Positions 59,983 to 64,000 of a DNA stretch of 64,000 bases are shown one piece after another (the stretch's first letter is position 1; each line of letters starts with the position of its first letter). Source of the DNA: Trypanosoma brucei. Its lineage: Eukaryota. The DNA is taken from positions 128,001-192,000 of the forward strand of contig CP000067.1 in the NCBI GenBank assembly GCA_000002445.1, read 5' to 3'. Under the pieces are notes generated by a model, which was given only the letters and a program-made list of their open reading frames with translations, was not told the DNA's origin and did no database searches. The position numbers were made by a program, and so were the translations under genes.

Positions 59983-62046
59983 TTAACCCCAAGTAAGTGG
60001 GCGAATAAGTCTGAGGAGCTGATACACACATCGTCGTAAGAGGAAATTAGTTCGATGAAGGGCCATGAGTCGAACCTCTTCTCCTTTCTCCTTCAGCAGA
60101 AGTGTGTAGAGGTTGAGATGTGTCTCGTGGTCCTCGAGTATTCGTAGGTCCGGCACATCGTCACGCTCCCTAAAGGCCGAAAAGGCGCAACAATGTGTCT
60201 GATACCTTATACTGTGCCACTCACCATCCGCCTCTGCTGTTAGGTCGGGGGAGTCTTCGGTGCCTAAATACACCTGCTTCGACATACGGAAGAGTGCCAG
60301 GTCTGCGTCTTCTCCGCACTTATTGTGCCGCGAACTAGCTATGATGTAAAAGAGACAGAACTGTGCAATGTCTGCATACACTTTCTCCTCCAGCTCCGAG
60401 GACTTGGGCACAATGTCCTCAATAAACTCGGCATCTTCGTCGCGCAACATGAAGTTAAAGCCTGCTTGGGAGAGTAATCTCACCAGCGTAGCGGGCTCCA
60501 ACCAATCCGCTCGCAAAGCCGCCAGCTCCGGGTCTCCAGGGGAAATAAGTTTGCACTTGGCATCGCAGATAAGTATACGGAACTCGCGGTCACTTCCTTC
60601 GCCCCGGTGACGGCCTTCTAACACCATCATCACCTGATCGAAGCTCACCGGCTGCAGCCGCCACTGCTCATACGGCACATCAAACCCTTTCCCCTGCAAA
60701 ATGGTGAAGGTGCCAAATTCCCCTGTGGCGAAGCTACACATTCGCTCCGGTCCCGTTGAATCTGGAGAACTTGATGTGTGGCTGCACGGCTCCCATTCTT
60801 TTGTCTTCTCTACCCATTTGCCAATTAGAAGCGTGGGCTGGCGCATGACAATCGTGGAGGGAACCTCAAATGACACCCGCAGAGCGGGATTTTCATCAGT
60901 GGCCTCTAGAACAGGTGGAGGGTACGGAACAACATGTAACTTATGTGCTTCCTCCGTCTCAGAGCGATAAAGCCAGTCACCGCTTTGCTTTGGTCGCTCC
61001 GTAAAGCTCAATAGATCTATTTTTATCACACAAGGCAGTGCGTAGTATTCACGCCCGCCGGAGCCCCGACATCCATACGGGTCAAAACGGAGCTGGATGA
61101 CGCGCAATGCAACGTTTTCCTTGCTCAACCCAAGCGCCTTAGGAAGCTTCGGTAGCGCACTGGATTTAGGATCCAGTCGCATGGAAACGACGGGAAATAC
61201 AAGTGAAGCAAAGCTGCGAGTTGTTTCCTTCACCTTCACCCAAAGTCCAAATTTAGCGACAGGGTTCGCTGATGGCACGGCCACCGTGAGAAACTCACTG
61301 TCAGGTCCATCTAAAATCACATCGTAGTTTAGCAAAGTATGAATTGTGACAAAGTCAAACGCAAACATCACCTGCTCATACACGTTCCCAATATTCTCAC
61401 CGAAAAACTTCAGATCCTCTGTCTTTCCAAGTGTAAGGCAACGATCCGCTTCCAGACGGATTGTCTCCACCAGATCGTACGCCATGACACACCGATTAAG
61501 CTCCTCATTCAACATCTTCCGACGTGCTGCTGGAGGAATTCCAAGTTCCCCTTGGTGAAATCGGTGAACACGCAGACTGCTATTGGAATTGTCGCGTTTG
61601 ATATTGACTTCTACAGGCGGGGAATAATGACTGTAATGCTCCTCACTGTCCCTCCAGACGCTCAGAAATGTGTTGATTGCACTCTGAGACCTTATCGGTG
61701 GAAGGCGTGACGCCTCGGGAATGAGGCTCCACAGACGGTGTTTCTCGCATTCCTTGTACGCGAGCTGCTCCTGCTCCACAAGTTCGTCTTCAAAGGCGGT
61801 GTAGACGTCTTGATCCAACCGAAGGCGTTCCTTTTCAGCGGCCTTGTCGAGTGAAAACTTCTGAAGAGCCACCCGATCGGTCTGCTCCATCTTCAGTCGC
61901 TCACGCTCATGCAGTTTGTACAACTTATCAGCCGTCTCCACCGCCTTATTAATGGCGATTTGCGCCGGCTTAAGCTTTTTCGGCTTGTCATCCTTCCTGT
62001 CGTCCTTACCACCCCTGCCTATCACTTTCACAGTTTTAGGTGGCAT
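59983..62046 (-). CDS. Conserved hypothetical protein (687 aa) with Lys-rich N-terminus and coiled coil; possibly an axonemal/flagellar component (weak CASC1/IC97-like impression)
   Basis: ATG at 62044-62046 (MPPKTVKVIGRGGKDDRKDDKPKKLKP...). Lys/Glu-rich coiled-coil N-terminal ~120 aa followed by a large globular region. The family assignment is an impression only. Confidence 0.55.
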   Translation of the reverse strand: MPPKTVKVIGRGGKDDRKDDKPKKLKPAQIAINKAVETADKLYKLHERERLKMEQTDRVALQKFSLDKAAEKERLRLDQDVYTAFEDELVEQEQLAYKECEKHRLWSLIPEASRLPPIRSQSAINTFLSVWRDSEEHYSHYSPPVEVNIKRDNSNSSLRVHRFHQGELGIPPAARRKMLNEELNRCVMAYDLVETIRLEADRCLTLGKTEDLKFFGENIGNVYEQVMFAFDFVTIHTLLNYDVILDGPDSEFLTVAVPSANPVAKFGLWVKVKETTRSFASLVFPVVSMRLDPKSSALPKLPKALGLSKENVALRVIQLRFDPYGCRGSGGREYYALPCVIKIDLLSFTERPKQSGDWLYRSETEEAHKLHVVPYPPPVLEATDENPALRVSFEVPSTIVMRQPTLLIGKWVEKTKEWEPCSHTSSSPDSTGPERMCSFATGEFGTFTILQGKGFDVPYEQWRLQPVSFDQVMMVLEGRHRGEGSDREFRILICDAKCKLISPGDPELAALRADWLEPATLVRLLSQAGFNFMLRDEDAEFIEDIVPKSSELEEKVYADIAQFCLFYIIASSRHNKCGEDADLALFRMSKQVYLGTEDSPDLTAEADGEWHSIRYQTHCCAFSAFRERDDVPDLRILEDHETHLNLYTLLLKEKGEEVRLMALHRTNFLLRRCVYQLLRLIRPLTWG

Positions 62047-63590
62047 TGTTCCCTCCCACAGCTTCCGTTAGAGCTCGTGAAAGTCGGGTCTACAAAGATG
62101 TCGAAGAAGAAAGTAAAAAGATGATGAAAATACAGAGGAAGGGGAAACAGTGAGCAGCTAATAATGCTCCTCAGGTCACTGAGTCACCGCGGCAGAGCAC
62201 CAAGAATAGACAAATAGTTGGATGTCAGGTGAGGTTGAAGAAGTAGGGGGAGGGAAGCAACGAAAATTGAAAATACCCTTAAAGGTTTGCCTCAAATACC
62301 GCTTAGTCAATTATTATCCTCATATTATGGTGACCAGTATTACCCTCATCAATAACCAACCCAAAGTAGCCCCTCAAGGAGCTACCTTTGCACTTTCATC
62401 AGATAGAGGAGAAATCAGCACGCAACCTCTACACACTTTATATGCAACTCCAACTGCTGGTCACCTCCCTCCACGTTGCATTTCCAGTTTCTGCTCTCGC
62501 ACAGACCACACGAATCAACGCGCAGCAATTTAGTTTCCCACACGCAAGTCTCCGCATACGCCCTTCCATTGAAGCACAACACAATCTCACAATGAGTGGG
62601 AAAGGGGAAAGATAAGAGAACACGTCTCTGTGAATTGTGGCGACATGCATATGCGTGATCATCTACTACTCGTGATTCAAACGAACAGCGGTTGTCGTTC
62701 TTGTTGTTATTGTTTTTCCTAGCGACTAGCCCGCGCGTCTAAGGTACCAGTACCTCAACTCCCACTCCATAAAATGAGCGAAATGCTCGCTGACAACCTT
62801 CTCCAGACCTCGAATGTATGGAAAAGCAAGGTCACAGTGCAACGCGTGCACACATGAAAATAAAATATTTTGGTCAGTCTTAACGCTATTGTCTCTGAAC
62901 CCAACTCTCTCAACGCAAAATTTGCGTATCGTGTAGAAAAGAGGGGAACTTGGTTTTTTCTTCCTTTATTACCATTATCGACCCCCTTAATAACCGCGGC
63001 AGGGCTCGCTGAGTGCCGAATTTGGGAGGAAATGAAAAATATAGGAACCCGGCGGTACCAACCACGACACGACCAGAATTTTTGTAAAAAAGAGGAAATA
63101 AAAGAAGGAACCGCTAGTTTCCCTCCTTTTCTCATACCCCCTCTTGAAACCGAAGCCGTTGCCGCCATTCCCGCTACCGCACCGGCGTTCGTTTCAACAA
63201 CTCATCACTGAACACTATTCGAAATATTTATGTATGCTTCCGAGATATACATACACACACACGCATTTACATTTTTTGTGTACCCTTAACGCTAGTGATC
63301 GCGCGCTAGGTGGTGAACAAAAGGGTAGTAGGCGAATTAAATATACAACATCCACAGCAGCCATACAAATGAGGAGTCGAAACTCACATTTTCTTCCCCC
63401 ATCTAGAGGGGAGAAGCCGCAGCGTAACGAAAAGAATCGCGCGCCCTGCTACCACTGTAAGAAAACGTTTGTGAGAACGGTGCTCAAGCAAGGCCATGGG
63501 AGGCAAAAAGAAAATAAGAAAAATAAGAAAAGGGACCGACATGTTCCAATGCATACAGTGAACAAATATTTGAATAGTTTACATGGTGCC

Positions 63591-64000
63591 TCAACGAGGT
63601 GAGACACTGCGCCCTCCCTGGAGTCTGAATGGCCGCCGCGAAGCATAATCTGTTGTCCCAAAGCAGAGTCTTAAGGAGGGGTTCAGGTTGACCTCTTTGG
63701 TCACTGCCGAAACCGTCTTCCCCTTGTAACCTGGACCGTCACCTGCCATGTTTGCGTAGTTAAATAAGCGCTCACGTTTCTCAGCATTGGCATTGAAGAA
63801 TCGAGCCTGCTCCCTCCGAAGTTGTGGATTGTACGAATAGATGCGGACTTGAGGTACTGGAGAGGCACCAAACTTCAATTTTGACTCTACTGCCTCGAGG
63901 CGGCGCTCCATTTGTATGGCCTCCTCGAGTGTGAGTCGGCCACTCTTAACTTCTTCCTTAAGCTGTGGAGGAATCTCTTCAATGTCTGAATGAAGCAACG
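63591..64000 (-). CDS. Partial CDS (3' portion), hypothetical protein; the ORF runs off the right edge of the window
   Basis: Open frame from 63591 to the window end. The first internal ATG is at 63909-63911 (MERRLEAVESKLKF...). Composition is protein-like and orientation matches the cluster. The N-terminus may lie outside the window. Confidence 0.3.
   Translation of the reverse strand, partial: LLHSDIEEIPPQLKEEVKSGRLTLEEAIQMERRLEAVESKLKFGASPVPQVRIYSYNPQLRREQARFFNANAEKRERLFNYANMAGDGPGYKGKTVSAVTKEVNLNPSLRLCFGTTDYASRRPFRLQGGRSVSPR

Noticed and set aside
1-64000. Prokaryotic defence or mobile system (CRISPR, restriction-modification, toxin-antitoxin, integrase)
   Set aside because: Gene content (coatomer, proteasome, dynein, EMC1, golgin), gene sizes and architecture are eukaryotic and kinetoplastid. 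No direct-repeat/spacer arrays, integrases or transposase-like ORFs are visible.

Overview
The window reads as nuclear DNA from a kinetoplastid, most likely Trypanosoma and closest in character to T. brucei. I infer this from moderate GC content, (TA)n, (CA)n and (GAAT)n microsatellites and homopolymer runs between genes, intron-less tightly packed genes, and purine-rich tracts on the + strand (polypyrimidine on the coding strand) upstream of each gene. About 25 protein-coding genes are present, every one on the minus strand with no strand switch, which fits a single polycistronic transcription unit (a directional gene cluster). Plus-strand ORFs in the track are antisense shadows of real genes. 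The ORF track calls starts at TTG, GTG and CTG as well as ATG, so I re-set several starts to the first in-frame ATG. No bacterial-style defence island, CRISPR array, rRNA or obvious mobile element is present. The one element that looks like a multi-gene 'system' is a 4232-aa cytoplasmic dynein-2 (IFT) heavy chain together with an LC7/roadblock dynein light chain in the same unit, and that co-location is probably coincidental. From conserved motifs I also recognise a proteasome beta subunit, coatomer alpha, an AlkB-family dioxygenase, GAR1, a DCN1-like neddylation factor, an FHA plus BRCT protein, a PolD3-like protein with a C-terminal PIP box, a ZCCHC10-like zinc-knuckle protein, an RPA1-like OB-fold protein, EMC1, a sorting nexin, a GRIP-domain golgin and a membrane J-protein. 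The most interesting calls are a Fam20/Four-jointed-like secretory-pathway kinase, an ABHD11-like hydrolase whose nucleophile serine is replaced by glycine, and a 2503-aa protein whose C-terminus looks separase-like (LPFEQLP motif, a Cys in the expected position, possible His-to-Gln change). All product calls rest on motif recognition by eye and need confirmation by HMM or BLAST.
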